A stretch of 64,000 nucleotides of DNA from NCBI RefSeq assembly GCF_964355755.1, contig NC_092674.1, forward strand, positions 8,618,001 through 8,682,000. The letters run 5' to 3'. Shown here piece after piece: positions 52,040 to 63,500 of this stretch (position 1 is the first letter of the stretch; each line of letters opens with the position of its first letter). A model generated the notes under the pieces. It saw nothing but the letters and a program-made list of their open reading frames with translations. It was not told where the DNA came from and did not search any database. A program made the translations under genes and the position numbers. This DNA comes from Antedon mediterranea (Eukaryota; Animalia; Echinodermata).

Positions 52040-52700
52040 TCTTGTATTTTGACTCCAAATTTGTTGACTAACTTTATCCTGAACACCACACTTTAAAATT
52101 AGGACTTATAAGTACTTTCAGAAGGAGAAACACATAATAACAAATAAATAAATCCTTTAAATTGATGATTTTACAGATGTGTTTCTTTGTATACTGTAAT
52201 GACAATGTAACTCCTCGAGCTCGGCCCCCCCCATGCTCAATGTTTTTGTTTCTATGGAGCGCCAAAAGAGCAACAATAATAGTACAAGTATAAAAACAGA
52301 AAGAAAACGAAACAAAAAAACTTATCATGATTTTTAAATTAAAATTTATTTGCCAGTATTTATTTCTTCGTACTTGCATGATTATACTATTATCATTACA
52401 ATTTTAATTTTACATTGTTCCATCCACACTGTAGATGGACTCCACAGAGTTTTCAGCCCTCTATATAATTTTTGCTCTTTTGACGTTCCATAGAAACAAA
52501 AACATTGAACATGGCCCATGGGGTAGGCCTACTGTCCTGTAGGCTAGTCATTTTGTGTGCGAGAAAAACGTCTGTAAAATCTTCAATTTAAAAATGTATT
52601 TGTTACTTTTTATGTGATTCTTTTTCATGAAAGTGCCAATTCTAAGGTGTGGTATTCAGAATAATTGTTGGGAGTTAAAATACAAGGCAGGTGCGAAAGA
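52040..52700. mobile_element. Diverged relative of the 30257-31028 MITE, inside the outer element
   Basis: Shares ACCACAC.TTAAAATTAGG, GTTTCTATGGAGCGCCAAAAGAGC and, inverted, TCCATAGAAACAA.AACATTGAACATGG...AATTCTAAGGTGTGGTA...CAGGTGCGAAA. Boundaries are approximate. Confidence 0.7.
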
Positions 52701-52921
52701 TAAATATTTGTAATCTTAGGTGTTGGGTCTTAGCTTTCGTGATCTTAGGTCTTAGGGGGTCTGAGCTTTCGTGGTCTGAGCTTTCGTGACACCCCCTTAG
52801 GTAGAGTACAGTCCACCCTTTAATTTACTAAATTACTAAATCAAATAATATTACTGTTTTTGTTTTAATTCATCAATAGTAAAACCTTTTCATTTACTAA
52901 AAAAATTAAATTTTTCTGTAG

Positions 52922-53084
52922 AGGGGTGTTAAATTTCATCCTATTGTAGTATTCTCTGAAGATGGACATCTGAAACGAGTGCTGACCTTTGATACGTCAG
53001 TTGTGAGCATGATCCATGGTCTACGAGTCTTTCAAAACGTAACGTCAGGTCAAACCAGTGTGTGGGTGACAGATCTTGGAAATG
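52922..53084 (+). CDS. NHLRC3: NHLRC3 exon 2
   Basis: Acceptor TTTTTCTGTAG. Encodes RGVKFHPIVVFSEDGHLKRVL...IHGLRV...SVWVTDLGN, matching the NHLRC3 QRG..ILVFTEDG..HGI..SVWITDVG segment. Donor G|GTAAAC, phase 1. Confidence 0.88.
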
Positions 53085-53132
53085 GTAAACGTTTGCAGAA
53101 AGTGTTGATTAAACCCAAGGATAGTGTTGGAC

Positions 53133-53325
53133 CAAGGCAATCCTAACAACAGGATGCTGAGCTCCGGAGATCAAAGAGTTTATCTGTGGCTGCGACACGA
53201 TCTGTTCCACGCCCCTTAACAGACACAGCGCGCCATGAAGAAGCAGCCAGACATAAGATCAAAGGACTGTTAGGAGTTCCTATCTTGACAAGTCGAGCTC
53301 AGTGTCCTGTTGTTAGATTGCCTTG
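53133..53325. mobile_element. MITE (about 190 bp) in NHLRC3 intron 2
   Basis: TIRs CAAGGCAATCCTAACAACAGGATGCTGAGCTC and GAGCTCAGTGTCCTGTTGTTAGATTGCCTTG. No clear TSD. Confidence 0.65.
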
Positions 53326-53587
53326 ATTGACTGCTCTCTTAGGATGTACTGCTCTGTTTGGGGATGTATGCAAAACATTTTTAATTAAATTTTAGTATCA
53401 ATGAACAGTGAAAAAAATGTTTTCCCTTTCATCTCTCATTGTCCCCCATTTACTGTACCACACACTGACAAATATGGCTTTTATTTCACCAGAAGTAAAC
53501 AATTTTGTATATGTGTGTATAAAATACTTGTGCATTCACTGTTTTTTGTACTACTTTAAACTTTATTGCCTGTTTTCAATTCTACAG

Positions 53588-53788
53588 CTACATATGGACA
53601 TACAGTGAAGGGGTTTTCCCCTGAAGGTAAACTTGAGACTATGATTGGAACAGCAGGGACGGCAGGAACAGGTCTAGCCCCAGTACAGTTTGATCATGTT
53701 GCTGATTTGGCCTTCAATGAGAAGGGGGAGATGTACATTGTAGATGGAGACGGTGGTAGTAATAATAGGCTAATTAAACTGTCTAAAG
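53588..53788 (+). CDS. NHLRC3: NHLRC3 exon 3
   Basis: Acceptor CTACAG. Encodes TYGHTVKGFSPEG...GTAGTGLAPVQFDHVADL...MYIVDGDGGSNNRLIKLSK. Donor G|GTAATT, phase 1. Confidence 0.92.
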
Positions 53789-54100
53789 GTAATTACAAAA
53801 ATTGAGTTCAACTTCCACTAATAAGATTATTACTGTATACAAATACCGATGATGAGTAGAACAGGCAGAATATAATTTCATGATTTGAAAGACTGATTGA
53901 CTGTTCTATTCAAATAGACCAGTACATTTTTCAATGAATGAAAAATAATACAGGTTAGTTGTTTTTTGAATGCGCAAAGATAACAGAAAACAAAAATAAA
54001 CAACGTAATAGCCGCTATGAATGTTTACCAATTCAAAACAATTGAGTTAACCACTCAGCAGTGTTCAGCCATATATTATTATATTATCATTATTTTCTAG

Positions 54101-54308
54101 ATTTCAAACTGATGTGGCACGTTGGTGGACCAAACAGTACTAAAGATGGCTACTTTGATGTACCGCATAGTGTTGAGCTTGACGAGCACAATCGTGTCTG
54201 GGTCGCTGACCGCATGAACGGTAGACTTCAAGCTTTTGATGCGGACACTGGCAAATTCCTGGGAAAGTGGACAAGTTGTTTTTCAACTGGGCAACCATAT
54301 TCTGTCAG
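54101..54308 (+). CDS. NHLRC3: NHLRC3 exon 4
   Basis: Acceptor TTTTCTAG. Encodes the NHL repeat FDVPHSVELDEHNRVWVADRMNGRLQAFD...WTSCF...PYSVR. Donor AG|GTTAGT, phase 2. Confidence 0.92.
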
Positions 54309-54339
54309 GTTAGTGACACATTGGCACCGTGTATTCAGA

Positions 54340-54490
54340 GCATATAAAGCGAGCGGTTAAGACAATGGAACCGTAATTAAGTAGCCATAACATCGACAAG
54401 GGTTCAAGGCTCACTTACTCCGTGGCTCTGGTGGTAGAACAAGTCTTCTCGGATAAAGACTATAAACCATAGGTCCAGTGTACACATCTA
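54340..54490 (+). mobile_element. Degenerate tRNA-derived SINE fragment in NHLRC3 intron 4
   Basis: GCGAGCGGTTAAGAC (A-box-like), GGGTTCAAG (B-box-like), then TCGGATAAAGACTATAAACCATAGGTCC, which resembles conserved SINE central domains. Confidence 0.45.
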
Positions 54491-54817
54491 GCTAATCTAG
54501 CTAATTTCCCTCTGGGAAACCAGTCTTTGACTAAAATGGTTACCTGGTATAGGTATAAATAAATAACACATTCAAAAAAATTGTAATCAATATTAATAAT
54601 TGAATGGTTTATATAGTTTTTACATGATTTTTTTACTAATACTATCGATGAAAAAAATGTTTGCATGTATGTATAGTTATAAAACAAATAAAGTTGATTT
54701 GATATAAAACCAAATCAACAGTCAAGTTATAAGTGAATATGCTTTGTACATGGATTTATTTTTAATATATTACTTGTAGATAGCTTGTAAAATTTATATA
54801 AACCATTTCTTTTTCAG

Positions 54818-55079
54818 AATCAGTAAAGATAAGACGCATTTTATCGTTGCACTACTGAATGAAAGCAAAATACTTTTGGTTGCTACCCCACCGAATGCTG
54901 GTGCAATCGGAGAATGTGTTGTATTAGATACAATTACACTACCTCAAAACACAGCACCACATCTCGTCGGAGTAAACAACAAATCTGGAGTGTTTTACGT
55001 GGCGGAGTTAAAAACTCACACATGTCAAAAGTTTGTACCTATTGAACGAAAGAAAAACAAAATATATAATGATTTGTAA
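54818..55079 (+). CDS. NHLRC3: NHLRC3 exon 5 (last coding exon)
   Basis: Acceptor TTTTTCAG. Encodes ISKDKTHFIVALLN...PPNAGAIGECVVLDTITL...PHLVGV...FYVAEL...QKFVP, then TAA. The five exons total 1035 nt, or 344 aa plus stop. Confidence 0.9.
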
Positions 55080-55212
55080 CATTTTTTTACTTATTGAATA
55101 GAGCTTCAGCTGAATAAGTGTCACGAACAAATAAGTACTGATCCCAACGTTTGTATTCAAATAAGCACTGCTAATAAAGATATATTTGTTTTTGTTTTCT
55201 TTAGCCATGCTT

Positions 55213-56485
55213 GAAATACTGTACATGCATTACATGTAAAATACTGTACATGCATTACATGTAAAATACTGTACATGCATTACATGTAAAATACTGTACA
55301 TGCATTACATGTAAAATACTGTACATGCATTACATGTAAAATACTGTACATGCATAACATGTAAAATACTGTACATGCATTACATGTAAAATACTGTACA
55401 TGCATTACATGTAAAATTCTGTACACATCACATGTAAAATTCTGTACATATATGCATTACTTTAAAATAAATAAGTACTGATCCCAACGTTTGTATTCAA
55501 ATAAGCACTGCTAATAAAGATATATTTGTTTTTGTTTTCTTTAGCCATGCTTGAAATACTGTACATGCATTACATGTAAAATGCTGTACATGCATTACAT
55601 GTAAAATACTGTACATGCATTACATGTAAAATACTGTACATGCATTACATGTAAAATACTGTACATGCATTACATGTAAAATACTGTACATGCATTACAT
55701 GTAAAATACTGTACATGCATTACATGTAAAATACTGTACATGCATTACATGTAAAATACTGTACATGCATTACATGTAAAATTCTGTACACATCACATGT
55801 AAAATTCTGTACATATATGCATTACTTTAAAAATACTGTACATGCATTACATGTAAAATTCTGTACACATCACATGTAATGAATTCTGTACATATATGCA
55901 TTACTTTAAAAATACTGTACATGCATTACATGTAAAATACTGTACACATATCACATGTACATATATTACTTTAAAAATACTGTACATGCATTACATGTAA
56001 AATACTGTACACATATCACATGTACATATATTACATGTAAAATACTGTACATGCAAAATACTGTACACATATCACATGTACATATATTACATGTAAAATA
56101 CTGTACATGCATTATATGTAAAATACTGTACACATATCACATGTACACATATTACATGTAAAATACTGTACATGCATTACATGTAAAATACTGTACACAT
56201 ATCACATGTACATATATTACATGTAAAATACTGTACATATATTACATGTAAAATACTGTACACATATCACATGTACATATATTACATGTAAAATACTGTA
56301 CATTACATTACATTACATGTACATATTACATGTAAAATACTGTACATGCATTACATGTAAAATACTGTACACATATCACATGTACATATATTACATGTAA
56401 AATACTGTACATGCATTACATGTAAAATACTGTACACATATCACATGTACATATATTACATGTAAAATACTGTACATGCATTACA
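55213..56485. repeat. 25-bp minisatellite with a 340/365-bp tandem duplication
   Basis: Unit ATACTGTACATGCATTACATGTAAA. The unique segment AAATAAGTACTGATCCC...AGCCATGCTTG is repeated at 55129 and 55469. Confidence 0.95.
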
Positions 56486-56692
56486 TATATTATATACTCT
56501 ACACGTATTGAAGTTTTTTCCATTACTTTACATTACAGTTACATAAGTACCGAAAACAATGTCAATATACCACTGCTTGTTTGATCATAAGAATATACAG
56601 TAAGTTTATGTAATGAAATCATTTACAATTGTACCAATGTAATATGATAGCGAAAATTATATAATTTAAATAAATGAAAGATTATAAATTAA

Positions 56693-57318
56693 AGCCCCAT
56701 TCCCTACGTTTTTTAGATCTAATTTAAGATCACAAACTATATTTAATGTAAAAATAATACTATATGGTCCTATTGTGATAACTTTTTTCGTCTTTAAACG
56801 GTTAAAAATGTGAAAAATAAGTCGATTTTAATAATTATAGCGGCCCGCTATAAATCCCAAAATGCATTGCGCGCGGATTGATATTTTTGTTTTTCACCTG
56901 TAATTCGCCCACTTTTCGATCGATCGTGAGGCCAAAACAAATGGAAGACTCCTAACTTTTCAGCGAAAATACCGGGTTTGCCCCAATTTGTATCAACGGA
57001 GTCTGGCAAAAATAGAAAGACAATTAATGCAGCAACTATACAACGTCAGGCTAGGTATATAGCTAGCGTACGATGTTCGTACGTTACCGATGTTTACCAG
57101 CTAGGCCTACAAAACTAAGCCTAGCCAGGCTAGGCCTAAGACCGTCCACGAGAGGTCGATCGCCGCGAGCTACTTAGGTAGTGCATTGTTTCTCACTTTT
57201 TATCATAATTTACCATAAAACGTACATTTAAGACAAGGAATGACATGGTTTAATGTTTTTAAAGTGATATATATGTATTATTTTTCAAAAAACGTCCAAA
57301 ATTGCAGGGAAGGGGTCT
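56693..57318 (+). mobile_element. Non-autonomous Kolobok-like DNA transposon (626 bp)
   Basis: TTAA on both sides, AG...CT termini, and TIRs AGCCCCATTCCCT and AGGGAAGGGGTCT. A second, inverted copy lies at 58999-62295. Confidence 0.8.
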
Positions 57319-57514
57319 TTAAGAACTTTATTTTTATATTTCTAAAAAAATATAAAAATGTTAATTAATGGTGATCTAAGGTGGGTTATGGTAATTGTGG
57401 TGGTGGGATATGTTATGTACTATCATACAAGAACTATAATTTGTCTGTATGTGGAGCAATGTGTTTATGTATTTATGTTAGAATATTGGGGAGCTTAAAA
57501 AACAGTAGAAAATC

Positions 57515-57552
57515 CCAGGGAGATGTAAAATTATTTTTTTACATCTCCCTGG
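57515..57552. mobile_element. Hairpin mini element (36-38 bp)
   Basis: CCAGGGAGATGTAAAA-TTATTT-TTTTACATCTCCCTGG, flanked by AAATC on both sides. Confidence 0.55.
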
Positions 57553-58074
57553 AAATCGAGTAGCCTACTGTAGCGGAAACACCGTTATTAAGTGACACTT
57601 TGTTGGTGTCCCCTTAATAGAGGTTCTACTGTAATAAAAAGGAAAGATTTTACAGGAAGACTAAACTACGTGTTTCCAATATATGTATTTTGAAATTTTA
57701 AAAAATTAAAGAATGAATTTATCGATATTTATGGGAGAGGAAAGAAGGAACCAGTAATAATAATTTCCTCTGTATATTTTGTTGGTCAGATTGTTTGTTT
57801 TAATATGATTGCAATTAAAATGGCAAACACTTTTTTGCTCTAATTACCTTGAATTTTCTATAGGTCAGTACTATATCATGTTTATTAAAATGTTCAAGGA
57901 CAAATTAATTGAAAAAACATTTGACTGTCATTTTCTTTTTTTAAAAATGGTCATAAATGATTTTTTATTTTATACATGTTTTAATTTAGTGGAATAGTGA
58001 GACACAAAAAAACAGGCCTGTTTTCATACAGATCGCGAGGAAGTTTTATGATTGTGCATACAGAGTAGCCAAAT

Positions 58075-58209
58075 AAGCACATGACCCACAAAGTGACCCA
58101 GTACAAGGCTGGTAAAGCATCCTTGTATGCTCAAGGAAAGCGGCGTTATGACCGAAAACAATGTGGATATGGTGGTCAGACCAAGCCTGTGTTTCACAAA
58201 AAGGCCAAG
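58075..58209 (+). pseudogene. RPL36A: Processed fragment of ribosomal protein eL42 (RPL36A/RPL44)
   Basis: Encodes [45 protein letters not shown]. There is no start, no N- or C-terminal part and no convincing splice site, and the conserved QSG reads QCG. Confidence 0.8.
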
Positions 58210-58702
58210 TTATTTTTTGAACCAAAAAACGTCTGTATTTCGGTTAAATGATTTTTTTTTCGACTCAATATTGGTGAAAATTAATAACTATTATGATACT
58301 TCAAAATTACCCAATTTTTTTCTAAATTTTTTTTTTTTTTTTTAATTTGACAAAGGGACAATACATCTTTATTGTAATTTAATAAAATTAATATCTTTTT
58401 AAGTTTTTGTAATGCTTGTTATTGTTACCCATAGGGCGTAGTAGTTAAAATATTAATAAATGACATTTTTATTATTTCATTTATTTTTTTGTAAATTGAT
58501 AAATAAAACGGATAAATTGAGATAAAAAATGATTTGAAAAATTAATTCTTTTTAAAAGTTAACAGCGCCCTCTTTTTCAATATCGTGTGCAAAAAGGATT
58601 TTCCATGTGTTGAAAATTTGAAATTACGATTTGAATTTCGACAGCGAAGACGGTCATAAATTCGATTTTTGTGTTCTTTTCTTTACATTTAACGATGTAA
58701 AT

Positions 58703-58774
58703 ATGTCACGATCGAAAGCAGAGGTTGATAATTTTGTTGCTTCCTTTAGAAGGAAAGCAAAGAGTGAGCAAGAG
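58703..58774 (+). CDS. RANBP2: RANBP2/Nup358 coding exon 1
   Basis: 72-nt exon MSRSKAEVDNFVASFRRKAKSEQE (compare vertebrate MRRSKADVERYIAS). Donor GAG|GTATAT, phase 0. Confidence 0.82.
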
Positions 58775-59009
58775 GTATATTATTTTGCGTATATTTTTTG
58801 TATTTTCTAGACCGAAGCTAGCCTACTAGCTAGGCATATGATTGATAGATAGAAATCCGTCGTATAGGCGTATATTATTGCAAAGTATTTCCCGCGGCTG
58901 TTCTTGGTGGGCTAAAAGAGGCATACCCAAGCTAGGCCGGCGCTACGCTAGGCCTAGACCAGACCAAATGTACACATTGTATTGTTGGGTATTATTAAAG
59001 ACCCCTTCC

Positions 59010-60493
59010 CAGAGGGGTGGCGCCAGGATCTTCCAGATGCGGGGGCTACATTCCCCGACGAGGAGGCTATGCGAGCATCACTAGGCTGGGGGCCAGGGGG
59101 CGTTCTAGCGTCATTTGAGGTCATTTTAATCAGATTTAGGGTAGCCATTTTTTCCATTTTTTTATAATGCATAAATAAAATACTGCGTGCAAAAAAACGA
59201 TGCGCGATGACTGTTTCAATCCATATTTTTCAATTTAAAAAATAAAAGTTCAAAGAAAATTTAGAAAAATAGAGTTGGAGGTCCCGGAAATTGGACTTAT
59301 TATACTTCAAAACATGAAACAAAATATATAAGTCCCTATCAAGGTTGTGACTGAGCTAAGAAATATTTGAAAAATAGAGATGTTAGGTCCCGGAAAATGC
59401 ACTTCTTGTACTTCGAAATATGACCAGCTTTATTGTTGGGGCTGAGCTAAGAAACTGTTTAAAACTAGAGCTGCAGGTCTTCAAAAAATTGCATTTTATA
59501 CTTCGGAAACATCAGGCCTAGAGGCTTAAAAAACGCAAGCGTAGACCTTTTTCAGTCGGGGAAATAAGTTTATTCCTCCCAAGTGTATGCCTGCGTACCA
59601 TCTGGACTTCCGAGTGGTGAGAAATTCATGACATACAGGACATTGAAAATGTAATAACTTCTATAATAAGATGTTGGCTAAGCGAAAATGGCATGTTTTT
59701 TTGTTTAGTAATGGATGAAAAATTTATTTTAGGTGCCCCACGGTACAGAAGGTTACTTGTAAATTAAAAAATTGGTGAACATACGAACAATTAACATAAT
59801 TCGTTTTTGCTGTAGTGTAGCGTACGTCGACGCAGTACACGACATAACCGTCAGTAAACTTCGCCTGGAAAATAACTACAGTACACATTTTGGTCCCTGG
59901 ATGGAACATGATATCACGCGTCTCGACCCAACGTTGAACGATTCGTACAAAGGGATACCGCCAGACAAGTGCGAACCTAGCTATTGTTTAGTAGTAAGTT
60001 AGATCGCTGGCAATAATGAATGCATATAAAGTGCATAATATCACTCTGACGTACTCTCACGGTCAATGAAACGTCGCGGTTTTCTAGGCGCTGAAGCTAG
60101 CTACAAAGTAAACGCGAACGCTTTTTACTGTATATTATATTCCCCGACAAAAAGTACCCGTGTTCCCTTCGGTAACCGTCGGTAAACGTTGAACGATTCG
60201 TACAAAGGGATACCGCCAGACAAGTGCGCTAGCTAATGTTATTTAGTAGTAAGTTAGATCGCTGGCAATAAATGAATGCATAAAAGTGCATAATAGCCCT
60301 CTGACGTACTCTCACGGTCAATGGAACGTCGTGGTTTTCTAGGCGCTGAACAAGCTATATGAAGTGAACGCGAACGTGTTTTACTGTATATTATATTCCC
60401 CGACAAAAAGTACCCGTGTTCCCCGACGGGGGGGCTAGGCTCCCCGACGAAGGGGCTAGAGCTCCCGTAGCCCCCCCGCTGGCGCCACCACTG
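59010..60493. mobile_element. hAT-like non-autonomous element (1.48 kb)
   Basis: Termini CAGAGGGGTGGCGCCAG and CTGGCGCCACCACTG, an 8-bp TSD CCCCTTCC (59002-59009 and 60494-60501), and an internal direct duplication at a 255-bp offset (59931, 60186). Confidence 0.82.
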
Positions 60494-60788
60494 CCCCTTC
60501 CCTGCAATTTTGGACGTTTTTTGGAAAATAATACATATATATCACTTTAAAAACATTAAATCATGTCATTCCTTGTCTTAAATGTACGTTTTATGGTAAA
60601 TTATGATAAAAAGTGAGAAACAATGCACTACCTAAGTAGCTCGCGGCGATCGACCTCTCGTCGTGGACGGTCTTAGGCCTAGCCTAGCTAGGCTTAGTTT
60701 TGTAGACCTAGGTGGTAAACATCGGTAACGTACGAACATCATACGCTAGCTATATACCTAGCCTGACGTTGTATAGTTGCTGCATTAA

Positions 60789-62021
60789 CCCATTGACCCC
60801 TAAGTTTATTTTGCTCCCCTGGGACCCAAAAAGCATATGTCATATAATTAACCCTAACTTTTTTTCTAAACACAGACATTAAAAAAATTAAAAACAAAAA
60901 TAATGCAAAGGACATTTTATTTTCAAATATACTATCAAATTTGTGTTACAACTGATTTTGGCGGAATATGGATTATGCAAATTTTAGAAATATTTTAGGA
61001 AAATTATTAAAAATTTGTAATTTATCTTTGACTACCAAATGCACAAAAATTAATAAAAATTTTATAATAAAACTCATCTCTTCATCAGAACCTATTTCTT
61101 CTCTTCAAAATAAGACCAAACTTGACCATTATGAATGACCGGTTTCGAAATTATGAAGAAATTAGTAGACTGACTCATCCGACGATGACCATATGGGGCC
61201 TAGGCCTATCGGGAGCCGCCCCGAGAGCCTCGTCGCCGCTGTTTGTTCACCGGGAATGTTAAAAAAAACATCCCGAAAGCGACTTGGAATTCGCGATTCT
61301 CACGCGCACCGGCATCCCTCGGGAGCTTAGTCCGCTGTTTTAGACGTGTAGCTTGCAGAAAATTTGACGAAAATGCGTCGAAAACTTATGAAATTAAAAC
61401 AAGTTTGGTATCAAAATGTTTGTCAAAAGTTATGCTTCAATAAACTGACCTTTGCGCAGAGTTTGAACAAATATTTCATGCCCATAATGCATCTGACATG
61501 TCAGGGTTCATATTACAATCAAAGGTAAACAATATGGCGCGGCCCTCGTGAGGACATCTTCACAACTTTTCTCCGGTAGAAAAATCACATTTTTACATGG
61601 AAATATGACGATTTAGACACTGTAACTGATACATAATCTTTATTTATTATACATTTATTGTATACAAGCTTCAAAATAGTGATTATTAGAAATAAAGATG
61701 GCTTTTAGACGATTTTACGTTGTATGTTTAGGCCTAGATTCATTCAACGCGCCTGTCGCGTTTCGAACAGCGTGCTTCGAAAAACGGTTATATTTTCGAA
61801 TTTTATTTTCAAACTAACTTCAACAATTGTTTTTATATATTTAGAAGCATATTTTTTTTTAAAAAGTTGTGAGTATTTTGTATAATTTGTTGTTACGATT
61901 CATGCACAGCAAACTGCGCATGTAAATTCGATTTACTTTTTTTTTGTTGATAATTTGTTTACAATGACCACCTTGACTTTTAACCTCATGAGCGCTTTAA
62001 GCGCTTATCGTGGTGAATCGG
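60789..62021. mobile_element. piggyBac-like non-autonomous element (1.23 kb)
   Basis: TTAA|CCCATTGACC ... TGGTGAATCGG|TTAA. The intact Kolobok-like copy has a single TTAA at the equivalent site. Confidence 0.78.
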
Positions 62022-63274
62022 TTAATTGTCTTTCTATTTTTGCCAGACTCCGTTGATACAAATTGGGGAAAACCCAATATTTTCGCTGAAAAGTTAGGAG
62101 TCTTCCATTTGTTTTGGCCTCACGATCGATCGAAAAGTGGGCGAATTACAGGTGAAAAACAAAAATATCAATCCGCGCGCAATGCATTTTGGGATTTATA
62201 GCGGGCCGCTATAATTATTAGAATCGACTTGTTTTTCACATTTTTAACCGTTTAAAGACGAAAAAAGTTATCGCAATAGGACCATATAGTATTATCAATA
62301 AATCATCTTCTCTTCACCACACCCACAAAAAAAAACATGTTTTGTCAAAAATACAAATTGCAATTTGAAACAACTAAAGATGGGTATTTCAGTTGAAATT
62401 GTGCAAATGTGGCTTCGCATGCTGCAATGCAGCTAAAAGTAAAAGGACGTCACGTTAAAGAGAATGTTTTTGTTTCTGCTTGCGTGCTCATGATTTTACA
62501 AAATGTTTTCAGAGGGATGATGATGATGGTTGCGATCGGTGGTACAGAAAATAAAATAATTCCGATATTGTTCCTGATAACAAAGAAGCAGATTAAAACT
62601 GTGTAGTTGTTTATTTGACCCATTTGGCTTAGATTCCTATATGGCCTAGAGGACTTTCATAATACTACCTACTCACTAGCGGTCTAACTAAAATACAGTT
62701 AGTCTAGAGTAGTAGTTTAATACACTACCTGGCTCAGGCCATCCATATCCTCCTTCATCGTTACCACGTGGCATCGTGCAGATGTACACTAACCCAGCTT
62801 ACTAGCTAACTACACTCCCCACCCACCCTAGCTCTAGCTAGGTATGCACTGCGCTGCCACTAGGCCTAGCCTATTTTGGGTCTCATGTCTTGCAGCATCT
62901 GAAAATACATACAGTAGGCCCTACTAATACTGTACATTATTATTTTTTTTATTGACACTGGAAGTATCTAGGCTTTCCTGTTCTGTTACAATGAAATATA
63001 TTATTTATTATCCTCAGCAGTGAAAAAAAATATATTTTGTTGTTGAATATGCCATGATTTTAAACAAAAAACACTCTCAGCAAGTTTGCTTCATTAATAC
63101 GTCATTTTACTTTAGGTGCATGCGAAGAAGTAGTCACCGTGTTTGACAAGGGCATCATGTTGATTTTGAAGAAAGAAGAGAAGGAATAGTTTATATCAAA
63201 TTCTCAAATGTATTGCAGTTACAAATAATTATAATTTAGAGAATCCATTCTTTTCTCCCATTTTTTTATACTAG

Positions 63275-63500
63275 ATTCAGCTTCGTGGATACCAGTTTGC
63301 AACATTTTACTTGGAAGCTAGGGAGTATGCTCTTGGTATAAAATGGGTACAGAGCTACCTAGCTGTTAAACATAGTGATAGCAGAGCTCACAAATTACTT
63401 GGCAGTCTTTATGAGGCAGTTAAGGACTATGGGAAGGCTATCGACAGTTATAAAAAATCATTGGAGTTTAATGAGACCCAAAAAGAATTGATGTTAAGAA
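63275..63500 (+). CDS. RANBP2: RANBP2/Nup358 coding exon 2 (N-terminal TPR region); gene continues beyond the window
   Basis: Pyrimidine tract plus CTAG acceptor. Encodes IQLRGYQFATFYLEAREYALGIKWVQSYL...DSRAHKLLGSLYE...KAIDSYKKSLEFNETQKELMLR, matching KGFYFAKLYYEAKEY..DPKAHRFLGLLYE..KAVECYRRSVELNPTQKDL. Donor A|GTGAGT. Confidence 0.88.

Larger units (their letters stand above)
31338..52794. mobile_element. Outer non-autonomous TIR element (MULE/foldback-like, about 1.1 kb without its insert)
   Basis: 90-bp TIR GGGTGTCACGAAAGCTCAGACCACGAAAGCTCAGAC... is intact on the right (52705-52794) and split on the left (31338-31410 plus 51775-51800). TSD CCTTAGGTAG at 31328-31337 and 52795-52804 (8 bp if the TIR takes one more G). 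Confidence 0.88.
58999..62295 (-). mobile_element. Second Kolobok-like copy, interrupted twice and truncated
   Basis: TTAA+AGACCCCTTCC at 58995. Segments 60494-60788 and 62026-62295 are the reverse complement of the 56693-57318 copy. About 60 bp is missing at the far end. Confidence 0.85.
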
